The position numbers were made by a program, and so were the translations under genes. A stretch of DNA of 64,000 bases from Octopus bimaculoides (taxonomy: Eukaryota). The stretch spans positions 10,394,506 to 10,458,505 of the forward strand of contig NC_068992.1 of the NCBI RefSeq assembly GCF_001194135.2. Direction: 5' to 3'. The notes under the pieces were generated by a model, which saw only the letters and a program-made list of their open reading frames with translations, did no database searches and was not told the origin of the DNA. The stretch's first letter is position 1; each line of letters opens with the position of its first letter. This document shows, piece after piece, positions 38,730-52,455 of this stretch.

Positions 38730-41229
38730 NNNNNNNNNNNNNNNNNNNNNNNNNNNNNNNNNNNNNNNNNNNNNNNNNNNNNNNNNNNNNNNNNNNNNNN
38801 NNNNNNNNNNNNNNNNNNNNNNNNNNNNNNNNNNNNNNNNNNNNNNNNNNNNNNNNNNNNNNNNNNNNNNNNNNNNNNNNNNNNNNNNNNNNNNNNNNNN
38901 NNNNNNNNNNNNNNNNNNNNNNNNNNNNNNNNNNNNNNNNNNNNNNNNNNNNNNNNNNNNNNNNNNNNNNNNNNNNNNNNNNNNNNNNNNNNNNNNNNNN
39001 NNNNNNNNNNNNNNNNNNNNNNNNNNNNNNNNNNTATATATATACAGATATATGTATATATATGTATATATATGTATATATATATATGTATATATGCCTA
39101 TATATAGAAATATGATTGTGTTCATGCCTATATTTCTGATATGTATGTGTATGGTGCACTGATTGTCTTTCGTTTCTCTTGCCAAAAGTGTCAGCTGTCA
39201 CAAGCACATCTCAAGAAACATTTACCTTTTTTTTAGTTGGCAGTCCATGTGCATGCATCCATGTGTCTACGTATGTATGCACGCATGTGTGCACATGTCT
39301 GCATGCACGCATGTGTGCACATGTCTGCATGCAACTCGGCATGTATGATGTGCGTGGTGGGGATGAAGCGGGAGGAGTACGGGGCGTGTCACAAGAGCAC
39401 CTGGCAGAAACAACACCTTACTGATATCAATTCTCATCTGCCAGGGACTTAAATTTCAACTTCCCATCCATGTGCTGCAGTCTTATTCATAACTTTTTTC
39501 GCTTCCACTCTGCCATTCTGCTACTGCTTGAAACACCTTCCATCACACCACCCTCCTTCATGCTTGCTCCTTCCCGTACAGCATTCAGCATGCAGATGCA
39601 GCAACAGACACACACATGCACACAAACGCACATACTGTGTAATATCCTACACAGGTTTTTAAACAAGTATAGCTTTGGCCTGAGGTAAAACAGAGATACA
39701 ACAATGAGGATTGGAATAAGCAAATGAAACAGCTAAAGGTGGTGTATTTGGATTAAGGGGATAGGTGAGGATTTTGGCTGGTAGGGATGTGGTTGGTGAT
39801 TGTCATGGTTGTACTGGTGGTGGTAGTGGTGGCAAGATGTCATTATATTATTCAATATTCATATTTGTTGTTGTTGTTGCTGCTGTTGTGAAACATTGTC
39901 ATTCCGTTTCTCTTGCATGCTTTTCATTCATCTCTATTTCTGATTTTAATTTACTATGAATTGTAGTCTTTGTAGCAGCAGCAGCAGTGGCAGCAGCAAC
40001 ATCATTATTAATGGTTGTAGTGGTGGTGTTGGTTACAGAGGTGATGGTAATTGTAGTACTTGTGTTTGTGGTGGTGGCAGGGTGATGATACTAATAGTAG
40101 TGATGGTGGTGGTTGTGGTAATGGTGGTGATAGTAATAGTAATAATAATAGAGATGGTGGTGGTAGTAGAGGTAGTGGTGATGGTGTGATAGTGGTATGG
40201 TGGTGGTGATCGTGGTAGTAGTAGTAGTAGCAGCAGCAGCAGCAGAAGTGCTAAAGTGTTTCTGTACTTTTGGAGGCAATTGTTGTTGCTTAGCTGCAAG
40301 ATTAACACTGGTCAAGCAAAGCTGTCACAGGCTTCCATGACCACCCACACTGGCTTCCTCCACCCCAACTTCCCTCTGAGGTCACATCTTTGGCATTTCT
40401 TGTTTATATATTTATTTATGGCCAACATGGCAGAGTGCAATTTGAGGCTAGGTTTGACTGCAATTTCTTGCATGCCTATAAGCATCTGAGGTTGTTCTTT
40501 CTTTTCCTTACTTGCATAGAGTGTTTGAGCATGTTGAAGTATTTACTGCAGAATGTCCTTCCAAAAATGCCATTTATTTCCTGTCCACCATGAAAAAGTG
40601 CCTGGCCATGAAAGAATATTGACCTGCTTGGAAATAGGTGAGTTTTGGCTCCAGGAAGGGCAGCTTGCTATATAAATCCTGCTTCAATGAATTTCATTTG
40701 ACCAATGCAAGCTTGAAAAAGTGGACACTAAAATCCATAAAACCATGATGATGATGATGTTTGTCTCTTCATTGGCTTATGTCCATTTGGTCTCACTTGT
40801 TTTGATAGTAAAAACTAACCCTGGTTCAATTTGAACTAAAGGTACCATGAACAAACATAACTAAGAACTTGGGAATCATTTATTTCAGTTCTATCATTTT
40901 AAAAAATAGTTTATAACATCGATTCAATGCCACAAATTTGTATGGAGAGGTGGTGAAGAAAATGTGTGTGATAGAAACTTACTAGCACCCATATAATGGA
41001 TCTGTTCCTCCACCCCAGGGTATGGTGGAAATGAAAGAACACTACCCTCTAGACTTGAGTTTGCAAACAGAATATAGAGAGAGGTAAGTGAACAGCACAA
41101 GGCATTTTGATTGGTGCTCTACCATTTCCACGATTGCTTCCACCTCCACCCTCCTTATCATGTCAAAATAACAATCTAATGGGAATCAAAATAACAATAA
41201 TGAAATAGTGATGATGAAGAAATAACACC

Positions 41230-41286
<57 letters not shown>

Positions 41287-41805
41287 ATACTCATACAAAT
41301 AATAATAATAATATGAATACAATCAATAATAACAACAATAATAACAATAATAATAATAACAATGATAATAATAGTAATAATAATGTAAATTTGAAGAAGT
41401 AATACAATCTAAGTGTAGTGCAATAGAAAATAACATGCAGTGCCATTTGGTAAATGTGAGTTCATCTTTATATGATCCTCATGTGATATCCTCCAGACAT
41501 TCAAGACGTAGGGTAGGGTGGAGTGGGAAGGAAAAATAGCACTTTCGGAGAAATGATATCGAATTTGTCAAAAGGTGAACACTTCTGGTAAGATAATAAT
41601 GTCAGTTAACACAATCGGGTTCCATGGAAATAGAAGGTGGGGTGGTTAGGGGAGGAGGGAGTCATTACGGAATTTGTTTTTGTCCTTTTGTTTTCTATAT
41701 TAGTGTATCCTTCTCCAATGCAAATTATTGTCTGTTGAATTTCTGCATGTTTGTCTCACTGACTGATTTGTCTTCATTACTTGATATCTGTGTGGAATTA
41801 TCTTA

Positions 41806-41875
<70 letters not shown>

Positions 41876-42645
41876 NNNNNNNNNNNNNNNNNNNNNNNNN
41901 NNNNNNNNNNNNNNNNNNNNNNNNNNNNNNNNNNNNNNNNNNNNNNNNNNNNNNNNNNNNNNNNNNNNNNNNNNNNNNNNNNNNNNNNNNNNNNNNNNNN
42001 NNNNNNNNNNNNNNNNNNNNNNNNNNNNNNNNNNNNNNNNNNNNNNNNNNNNNNNNNNNNNNNNNNNNNNNNNNNNNNNNNNNNNNNNNNNNNNNNNNNN
42101 NNNNNNNNNNNNNNNNNNNNNNNNNNNNNNNNNNNNNNNNNNNNNNNNNNNNNNNNNNNNNNNNNNNNNNNNNNNNNNNNNNNNNNNNNNNNNNNNNNNN
42201 NNNNNNNNNNNNNNNNNNNNNNNNNNNNNNNNNNNNNNNNNNNNNNNNNNNNNNNNNNNNNNNNNNNNNNNNNNNNNNNNNNNNNNNNNNNNNNNNNNNN
42301 NNNNNNNNNNNNNNNNNNNNNNNNNNNNNNNNNNNNNNNNNNNNNNNNNNNNNNNNNNNNNNNNNNNNNNNNNNNNNNNNNNNNNNNNNNNNNNNNNNNN
42401 NNNNNNNNNNNNNNNNNNNNNNNNNNNNNNNNNNNNNNNNNNNNNNNNNNNNNNNNNNNNNNNNNNNNNNNNNNNNNNNNNNNNNNNNNNNNNNNNNNNN
42501 NNNNNNNNNNNNNNNNNNNNNNNNNNNNNNNNNNNNNNNNNNNNNNNNNNNNNNNNNNNNNNNNNNNNNNNNNNNNNNNNNNNNNNNNNNNNNNNNNNNN
42601 NNNNNNNNNNNNNNNNNNNNNNNNNNNNNNNNNNNNNNNNNNNNN

Positions 42646-42678
<33 letters not shown>

Positions 42679-43049
42679 AGTGAGTGGACAAAAGAAAAAT
42701 GGGCACTCGATATATATTTTAAAGCTCTAACCTAGAATTAAAGAAGAAAGAGAGCCAAGTACAGAGGATGGAAAGCAGCTGTTCTTACAGGATTTCAGAA
42801 TCTGGAGTGTTTTGCAAAGTCCAACAACAATGTGTTTAAAAGGTTTTAGCAATGGTTTGAGATCATCTTTAACAATCAAATTCATATAGAATTCACATAG
42901 GTGGAATTTCAAAAAATATACAGTTATGTTAATTTTTGTTGAGGACGTTTTTTTGTAAAGCATAGTTCCATTATCTTTTGGAATACTGAATTTTCCTTCA
43001 CATATTTCCAAATGTTTCCTTTTTCAAGTGTTTAATTTTGGTGAGAACT

Positions 43050-43830
43050 TCTTTAAGAAGTGTAGCTTCATTGTTTTTCAGAAGTTTGGGTCGTTCCTTG
43101 AGCATTTGTAGAAGGGGAAGATTTTGAAGTTTCCTTCACATATTTCCATTTTCCATACCTCCTCTTATCAAATGTGCTGTCTGTGGATTCTTGTATGATG
43201 GCAAAGGAAATTACTGGTTTCACCAATATAATTCTCCTTGCATTTGGGGTAAGTAATGCAGTATATGAGATTTTTTGTGCCTTGCAGCTCATATTTGCAT
43301 TTACTTTGAATAAGAATCCACTCTTAAATTTTACATGGGTGTCCCCATCTATATCTTTGTAGTTATTGTTGTTGCATATTCCACATCTGCTGTCTCCACA
43401 TTCCTTTATGAAGAATTCTGTTTCATTCTCTGATGTGAATTTTGCTCTTGTAAGTTGTTTTTTAAGTTTTTTTCCTGGCATTTACTATTTCACAGGTAGC
43501 CTTTGTCTATCAGCTTTCTCATTTTGGGGCTCTGTAAGAGGTTTCGTTGGTTTGATAACATGGAAAATATTGGTTATTCCAGGGTTATATGTGTTAATAA
43601 ATGGAATAGTATGTTCCTTGTTTTTTTTTTTTTCTTTTGGAGTCCTAATTGTGTAATGTCTAATTTCATTGCTTTCAAGATTCCATTATTCAAAACTTTC
43701 ACAGGGTGATTTTGTTTTTGTAAGAATTTTTTTAGTTTGTCAAGTCTACTTTGGCATATTTGTGGGTCAGTTACTCTGGTACAGATGTGCCTTGCCATAC
43801 TGTATGAGATGTTCCTTTTGATGTATAAGG
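43050..43830 (-). mobile_element. Penelope-like retroelement remnant: RT thumb and GIY-YIG endonuclease
   Basis: YIKRNISYSMARHICTRV...RLDKLKKFLQKQNHP; KLKKQLTRAKF...CGDSRCGIC; NLIYCITYPKCKENYIGETS...RIHRQHI; FKIFPFYKC...HFLKKFSPKLN*; frameshifted. Confidence 0.9.
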
Positions 43831-44098
43831 GGTGGCAATGCTCGGATAAAAATCAAGACTAGTGGCTAAAAAGCAAACTTGACTTTGATGGAATTTGAAA
43901 TCAAAGTGCAGTGGAGTAAACTGTAACGAATACCACAAAACATTTTGCCCTTCTCCATAATAATTCTACTATTTCATTTCTCATAGCGAATCATCTCAAC
44001 AAACTCTTCTATGAACTTTTCCAGAAATAAATTTTTGCCAACACAGATCACTATCTGTTTCCTCATATTGCTGAATTATATCATTTTCTTTTTGTGTG

Positions 44099-44149
<51 letters not shown>

Positions 44150-44457
44150 NNNNNNNNNNTTCCAGATCCCCTAATCTCATTTTATTTTTTTCATTTCATC
44201 TGTATAATTTTTTGTTCTTTCTTTCTTTTTTTTTTTTCACTTTAATGAAACCAAAACCCTTTCTTTAATGAAACAAAAACCCCTCTCTCACCTTCCCAAT
44301 CAATTCTATATTATTTCATCCAGCAGATTCAATATGATATTTGTTACATGACCTAAATATCTATTTTCTAAAATAGAGGTTCTTCCTTCAATCTTTCACT
44401 ATCCAAAAAGAGAATTCTATGTAATCTGTCTATCTATCTGCACATATATATACATAT

Positions 44458-44606
<149 letters not shown>

Positions 44607-45254
44607 CACACACAGATATATATATATACACACAGGCATACATGCATGCATATATATGTATCTATGTATATATCTGTATACATTGACATCTACATATATA
44701 CATACAAATATAAAAGCACACACACACACATTTATCAGGAATACAAATTATAGATAGAAATAAAATCCAATAAAATCATAGATAATATGATTTATTTCTT
44801 AGGGTAGTGAAGCCACAGACACTCTCGAGTGCCTCACTATNNNNNNNNNNNNNNNNNNNNNNNNNNNNNNNNNNNNNNNNNNNNNNNNNNNNNNNNNNNN
44901 NNNNNTATATATATATATATATATGACTAAATAACATAATTCAATATGATATAATGTGTCATGAAACAAATTACAAAATAATAATGAACATTAAAAAGTA
45001 AATAAATAACAAAATGAAATACAAGTAAATAATGAAAATAACCAAATAATAATAATAATGATAATGATAATAATGATAACATTAATAATAATAATAACAA
45101 TAATGATATAACAGGAAATTATTAGTTTCCTATATTTATAACAAATCAGTAGAAAAAAATTATAGTGTGGGTTAAGATATTAACTCTTGTATGTAACTAT
45201 TATTTATTATTGACTTGAGGGGGAAACAAAATAAAGAATAAATATATTGATAAT

Positions 45255-45365
45255 AATAATGGTTTCTGATTTAGGTGCAACGTCAGAGATTTAAGGGAAG
45301 GGTATTAGTTGACTATACTGACCCCAGTATTTGACTGGTATCTTATTTTATCACATCCAAAAGAA
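45255..45365 (-). mobile_element. SINE family B 3' fragment
   Basis: (TAA)n GGTTTCTGATTTAGGTGCAAC...GACCCCAGTATTTGACTGGTA. Confidence 0.65.
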
Positions 45366-46859
45366 CTTAATAATCTAACTAGAAATACTTATGTGGTGAA
45401 GAAAAGTCAACTCTATTTCAATAACTATGATTATTTTAATCATTTTGACAAGGGAGATAATTTTGGACATATTCCAGTCCTCAGTAAACCACAGACTTCA
45501 TTGTATTTTCGAAAATAATGAGAGAATCTGCAAGTCATTACAGCAAATGCAGTACACTTTATGCTTTGTTGAGGAGGTCTCATAAGTCAGAAACATATCT
45601 GCAGTTTTCTCCCATGCTTGCCAAAGTGAATGAAAACAAATTAAATATCAGTCAATGATCTAGTGTTGTTTTTGCTGTTTTTGTAATTTTAATTATATTA
45701 CAGTTTAATGAGATATTGTATAGTCTGGTATTGTAGCGTTTCTGCCTTACCAATGTTTTGTATAATGTAACATAATAATGTTTCTTTATGTTGGAACAAC
45801 AAAGCAATACATTTATAAGGAAAGGGTTTGGTTCTGTCTCCCTTTGGGTCCTGAATTCCTGATAGAGTCATAGGACCACTATCATGAATATTGTGTTTTG
45901 GGTATTGTTAAACCTAGCAGAGCCCACCTTTCTTTTTCTGTGGTCAGTTCTGCCCTCAACAGGTTTCTGAATTGGAACACACTAGAGTTGGAACAAATTC
46001 TAACTCCAGCATTATGGTACTGCTGTCATTAATGACAATGTATCGTATGCTCTAACAACTTTGCTAAATTACCATCTTATGGTTAATTAATCTAATTAAT
46101 TCAATGATTGGTTGGTGTTTATTATATTATCATATTCTGGAATGATGAAAGGTAAAGCTGATTCTGGTGGGGATTGAGCTAAGAAAGAACATGGAAGGAC
46201 ATAGTTAAGTACCAAAATGTATTCAGTCTGGTGCTGTCTATTTTAGTTAAGTTGGTGTTAACATAACATAGTGAAGATGAAAAATCTAATTACAAATAAT
46301 TATGTAGTGAAGAAAAGACAATATGAGTGAATGACTAATAGTATCTATAATATTATTTTGACACGGTCTATGAATGCAATGCTTTAAACAAATGCTGTCT
46401 TGACTATGGAACGAAATCGAAAACATAATTTATTATACACACAACATTTATATTATTCATCAAGTAATTGACTGGTGAACTATGAAACGAAATTAAAGAT
46501 GTAATCTATTGTAGACACAACTTTTATATTATTTATATTATTTCTAAGACAGTTGACTGATAAATAAATATTTAAAATTAACTGTGATGTATCTATATTG
46601 CTGATATATTTTAAGAATCCACAGCTTAATAGGGCAGCTGCTGTACTTCATTCACTGTAATTGTGGGTTTTCAGTTCAGTGTTATGCACAGTTCTCTGAT
46701 ATGAAAATAAGGATATTGTCCATTGTTATTTCTATTAATGTATTAAGGTTTGCTAATGCCTTACTAATTTAGTTATACTATAGCAGGATAATATTATAGA
46801 TAATGTCTTCAATTTCATTCCTTAGTGAAAATTGTTGTTTACGTTACGAAATATATCCC

Positions 46860-47251
46860 TTCGATAAAGATTATACTACGAAATAAAGATTATCAATGGA
46901 AGCAATACCTGCATAGAACAGAGCTGATTAATTATGCATGATCAGGATCAAAACTTTTAATTCCTTGACTCAAAATCTACCTAAGTGATGCTGCTAATTT
47001 AGCTTTTGTTTTCAGGACAGATCTCATTCCAGTACATTTAGCATTTTCAGTAACAGTAAACACATCTCAAGGACAAACATTTGAGAGAGTTACTTTATTT
47101 CTTTGTGAATCAATATTTTTTCAGTCAAATGTATACAACTCTTTCTAGAACACTTCTTGATGTAAACAGAAAACTAAAAGATAACTGTCAGAGTAGAAGA
47201 GGTGACAAATGTCTAGTAAAGAATATAGTTTTCAAATATGTTCTCTCCTAA
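46860..47251 (+). pseudogene. Helitron RepHel (Pif1-family helicase) C-terminal remnant
   Basis: IILRN..TELI / LLIP*LKIYLSD...IPVHLAFSVTVNTSQGQTFERVTLFL...VYN / KNIVFKYVLS* matches FPVRLAFAMTINKSQGQT and TKNIVYKEVL motifs. Confidence 0.8.
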
Positions 47252-47638
47252 GATTGCATGTTAAGTGCTGTCTATGTGAAGTTTACACCATCTCACAAAT
47301 TAAATGCTTCAGAAAAATACAGCTTCAATAGAAATTATGTACATCATAGTTCTCTATAAACTTCCAGCACTCTTATAGTTTTTAAAAGAACTATGGAGTT
47401 TCCACAGATTCAGCTACATTTAATTATTCTGGAAAGTATTGGAGACAATTCTAGACATGTTTGGATTTTATTCAACATCCTCAGCAAAACACAAACTTTA
47501 CTGTACCTCTCTCTTACTCTGTATCTGTTTTTATTCAGATTTACTAAATTTCTGATGAGTTGTCATCATTACACTTCTCAAGCTCATATCCCCTTAGTGC
47601 CTTCTTTATTCATAGGGTTGCATTTTTATCTCCAGCCA

Positions 47639-47689
<51 letters not shown>

Positions 47690-48564
47690 ACAGTATTATA
47701 TCAGTGTTTCATCTTTGCATTTTATTTCCTGAAATATTGAGACTAATCTGCTTCTATCATCAGGGTAGATTAACCCATATCTGTTTTTTCTTTGCTTTTT
47801 CTTTTTGTTTTTCACCGTCTTTGATCTTGTTGGAAACCCTGTGGCATTTGACAGTTATTTTCTGATCATTACAGAATTAGCACTAAACACATTGGTATCA
47901 TGTTACTTAATTATGGATGGCTATATTAGGAACACTCGTTTAACTCAATTGACCTTTTTAAATAGCTACAGGAATGCATGCTTTTGGGAGAAATGTTCAC
48001 CAATTAGCAAGATTCTGTGGCTTCCCATGCAGTTCTTTACATTTTTATTAAAGAGTTGGTTTAACCAGATCATGCTCTGAATTCTGGTTTGCAGGTAGTT
48101 AGCTATTTGTTCTGCTGAGCGAATCTCTTAAGCTCTCTTTCTTTTCCTTTTACATTAGTGCTTAGTTATAGCCGCCTGCAGTCCTGTATTGTCTTCATCA
48201 AAATTGGAAACTTGCTCACACCTTGGGGCTTATTATGCCTCATGACTCTTTGTGGGTGGTTTTATTCTAAGCATTTATTCATAGATGGCCTGTTTGGTTA
48301 TGGAAACATACAGCACAGGGATGCTATCCTCTCATTAAATGCTTGTTTGAAATCTAACTTGGAAATGATGCTTTCAGAGTCTGCTCTTTCAGTATTAATA
48401 ATTAAATGCAATGAAACATCATGTGAGTTTTCAATGCAATTAAAAGATAAATAAATGAAATAATATAAAATACAAAAATAGATAAATATAAAATGAAAAA
48501 ACAAAGTTATTTTACAATATGCAGTGGAAAGGCGGAAACTAGTAACAACAGCAAACATGTAGAA

Positions 48565-48700
48565 GCATTGCTGTGTGGTTAAGACATTCATTTCATCACA
48601 ACTACAAGCTTCAGGTTCAATCTCACTGCATGGCACCTAGACACATACCTTTCATCATAACTTTGTGTTGGACAATATCTGTGAAGGGAATTTGGTGTGT
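48565..48700 (+). mobile_element. old SINE family C interrupted by a young RTE tail
   Basis: GCATTGCTGTGTGGTTAAG...GGTTCAATCTCACTGCATGGCACC...GTGAAGGGAATTTGGT; resumes as AACTAAATGGAAAG after 48880. Confidence 0.65.
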
Positions 48701-48711
48701 GTGAAGGGAAT

Positions 48712-48880
48712 CTGAGTGGTTGGCGTTAGGAAGGGCATCCAGCTGTAGAAACTCTGCCAAATTTAGATTGGAGCCTGGTGTTGCCATCCGGTTTCACCAG
48801 TCCTCAGTCAAATCGTCCAACCCATGCTAGCATGGAAAGCGGACGTTAAACGATGATGATGATGATGATGATGATGATGA
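48712..48880 (+). mobile_element. young 5'-truncated RTE tail
   Basis: about 3 differences from 53578-53756 over the shared length; intact (GAT)n. Confidence 0.9.
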
Positions 48881-49039
48881 AACTAAATGGAAAGTTGTTT
48901 GAGCTACAGTTCCTGTTTCAGAATAGGAGGCTTCATCTGTCATCCAGTTTAACAGCATCACTTGTCGCCTTCGTTGTGTCTTTGATTCATTCTGGGACTT
49001 CTGTTGATTATTAATAAAAGCACATACAAATATATACAT

Positions 49040-49175
49040 GAAGAGCTTGTTTCAGTCTCTCTCTACCAATTCCACTCAAGTGGCTTTGCTCAACTCACAG
49101 CTCACATTTGCCCAAAGTGTCACGCAATGGGTCTGAACCCAAAACCATGTGGTTGGGAAACAGAGTTCTTAGCCT
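49040..49175 (-). mobile_element. SINE family C, old
   Basis: TTTCAGTCTC...CCAATTCCACTCAAG...TTTGCCCAAAGTGTCACGCAATGGG...ACCATGTGGTTGGGAAAC. Confidence 0.7.
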
Positions 49176-50688
49176 AACCCTTCCTACACTCACACACGCA
49201 CAGAGTCTGATATTTGTGTGTATATTATTGGAACCTATAGCGAAATATTGGTCACAGTGGCAGTAGTATTAGTGTCAGTGGTAATAACAACTACAACAAC
49301 ACAAACAACAGTGCTGGGTACTATTTTAGATGTGTACTTCCTCCTCTCATTCTCATCCCAACTCTCTCTTATTCTCTCTCTCTCTCTCTCTCTCTCATAT
49401 CACATATACATGTATATATAGAAGGATGAATGTGCTTATGCATGTAAGCATGAGTGTGTGTGTGTGTGTATTTGTGTAGATTTTTGCACGTATGTATGTA
49501 TGTATGTATTAATGTATTTTATATGTGTGCATATGCATATATTAGAGTAATGATGCTATTTTCAGTAAACTCTATCTTTGCCTTTCCTATATTCATACAT
49601 ATTCATATAGCTGCATATTTCTGCACATTTATTTGCATACACTTACTTAAATACATAATGAATAATATTAAATAATATACATTTATGTTTGCAATTCTAT
49701 GAGTGTATCCACCCAGCCCCGACACACATGCACAAACACTCAAACACACAAACACTTGCACACACGGAAACCCACATATGCACTTTATGTCCATACATAT
49801 TATGCACGTATGCAAGTATACGTGTTTCTATTATAAGAATGGTCATTTCCTCATAGCAGAAAATACACAATCAAATACACAAAACTCTTATTCAATAAAC
49901 AATGACGAAAGGATGGTGGAAACTAATTGTGGTCATGTAGTTTCAGATATCTTCTTAATCATCAGTCATTGTTACATTTTACAATGTCTCTCTATTCCCA
50001 TATTAACCCTTTTCCTTCAACATGGCATTGTTTCAGTCAGTATTATCCATGTCTTTTCCTTTGTTTCCAAGTGTTCTTATAAGGGAGAATACTATATTGA
50101 ATATTTCCTTTTCAATTGTTTTTCCTGCAGTATGTAATCTAGATCCAACAACAAATCCATTATATTTTGGCGATGACTTCTGATACAAAGAAAATAGTGT
50201 CTCCAACGTGGCGCAGTTTCTGTCTAAGTGTAACATGGAATAATTGCCTAGATCTCATGTTAGATTACTGTTAAATGTTTCTTTTCCTTGTTGGACCTCA
50301 GTGAATATATCTGTATGCATTTATCTATTATTATATATATAAAAGACTAATGTCGCTCTATTATCCATCCCACTTTTCATAATAGAATACCATTTCCCAC
50401 CATTGTGAATGAAAAGCAGCATGCTATGTTTTACAAAATATTTCAACTATAGTAATTGTGCTTTTAATGTTTTTTTACCATCTTAGTCTTGTTAGTCACT
50501 CTATTATATTTTTTCTGTTATATCTATTCATTAAATAATATTCACACCCACCCACACACGCAAACACCCTCCACAAACACACACGCACACATACATATTT
50601 GTAAACCCCTCCAAAACTTTGTCGTAACTTGTCTTTTGTTTTCAATGTTTGTCTCCCAACTCAAACAAGTTCTGTTTTGTTTGTCATA

Positions 50689-50727
<39 letters not shown>

Positions 50728-51183
50728 NNNNNNNNNNNNNNNNNNNNNNNNNNNNNNNNNNNNNNNNNNNNNNNNNNNNNNNNNNNNNNNNNNNNNNNNN
50801 NNNNNNNNNNNNNNNNNNNNNNNNNNNNNNNNNNNNNNNNNNNNNNNNNNNNNNNNNNNNNNNNNNNNNNNNNNNNNNNNNNNNNNNNNNNNNNNNNNNN
50901 NNNNNNNNNNNNNNNNNNNNNNNNNNNNNNNNNNNNNNNNNNNNNNNNNNNNNNNNNNNNNNNNNNNNNNNNNNNNNNNNNNNNNNNNNNNNNNNNNNNN
51001 NNNNNNNNNNNNNNNNNNNNNNNNNNNNNNNNNNNNNNNNNNNNNNNNNNNNNNNNNNNNNNNNNNNNNNNNNNNNNNNNNNNNNNNNNNNNNNNNNNNN
51101 NNNNNNNNNNNNNNNNNNNNNNNNNNNNNNNNNNNNNNNNNNNNNNNNNNNNNNNNNNNNNNNNNNNNNNNNNNNNNNNNNNN

Positions 51184-51236
<53 letters not shown>

Positions 51237-51247
51237 ACATATATATA

Positions 51248-51449
51248 GGCACAGGAGTTACTGTGTGTTAAGTAGTTTGCTTACCAACCACATGGTTCCG
51301 GGTTCAGTACCACTGCGTGGCGTTTTGGGCAAATGTCTTCTACTGTAACCTTGAGCCAACCAAAGCCTTCTGGCTTGCCAGCCCGCAGTCAAACCACCCA
51401 ACCCATGCCAGCATGGAAAGCGGACGTTAAACGATGATGATGATGATGA
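51248..51449 (+). mobile_element. chimeric SINE: family C head/core joined to the last ~80 nt of the RTE tail
   Basis: GGTTCCGGGTTCAGTACCACTGCGTGGCG...CCAAAGCC|TTCTGGCTTGCCAGCCC...GGAAAGCGGACGTTAAAC(GAT)n. Confidence 0.8.
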
Positions 51450-52214
51450 CCATGATATATAAATATATATATATGTACATATGTATGTATATTAACATAC
51501 ACTCACATCTAGTCAAACTCACACCCTTCACAAACAAACACACATCATCAGATAACACATAAACCATTATTTTCAAAAAGGATCAAATTAATGATCTTTT
51601 CTTTTTTTTTTTTTCTTTTTATTACTTTCATTCACGGAAATGTGACCATCTTGGGTCATCACTTTTAAAGGTAATAGTCAATTAGATAAACTCCAGTACA
51701 TTGTCTAATACTTATTTTATTGATTTCCTGAGCAAAACCAACTTGAATTTAATCCAAGATATTATTTACAAAACCAAATATGCAAATTATTTTTGTTGGA
51801 TGCACAGTTTTTGTCATTCATTGATATGCAAATACTTGCATACAGACAGGCTTCTGAAAATGTTCTGTCTACCAAATTTGAAGCTCTGGTGGATCCTAGA
51901 CTTCGGTTGACTACAGTAGCAAACAGTTGTCCAAAGTGCTTTGTGGTGCTAACAAGCCTTAAAATTTACAGCCATGAAGTCAGCTTCTTAAACACTTAGT
52001 CATTCCTTGATGCTTTGGATTGAACTACTGTAAGTACTTCCACACCATGCCTTCAATTACTTTACAGAAATTTCTTTTTCTTCTTTGGAGTCAGAGGAAT
52101 AGGTATCATCCGATGATTTACAGATGTCATCTGCAATAAATGGTGTCCTATACAAGAGAGATAGGAATATTTAACTGTCAACCAGGTCACTACCTCAGCA
52201 TCAGCTCAGAGAAA

Positions 52215-52380
52215 AGCACCCAGTACACTCTGTGAAATGGTTGGCACTAGAAAGGGCATCCAGTTGTAGAAATCATGCCAGAATTGGCAACTGGAACCTG
52301 GGTGGCTCCCTAGCTGACCAGCTCATGTCAAGCTGTCCAACCCATGCCAGCATGGAAAGCGGATGTTAAATAATGATGAT
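52215..52380 (+). mobile_element. RTE tail copy
   Basis: AAAAGCACCCAGTACACTCTG...AAGGGCATCCAGTTGTAG...CCAACCCATGCCAGCATGGAAAGCGG. Confidence 0.85.
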
Positions 52381-52414
52381 ATATGTGTATGCATATATAC
52401 ATACATGGTCACTT

Positions 52415-52455
<41 letters not shown>

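Noticed and set aside
39340-39450. GC-box/E-box cluster with a 9-bp inverted repeat
   Set aside because: Too short to distinguish from chance without conservation data.
45440-45605. CTGAGGA/TTGAGGA plus hairpin motifs at ~45484 (-) and ~45573 (+)
   Set aside because: Incomplete GAAAC or stems; cannot be supported as ribozymes.
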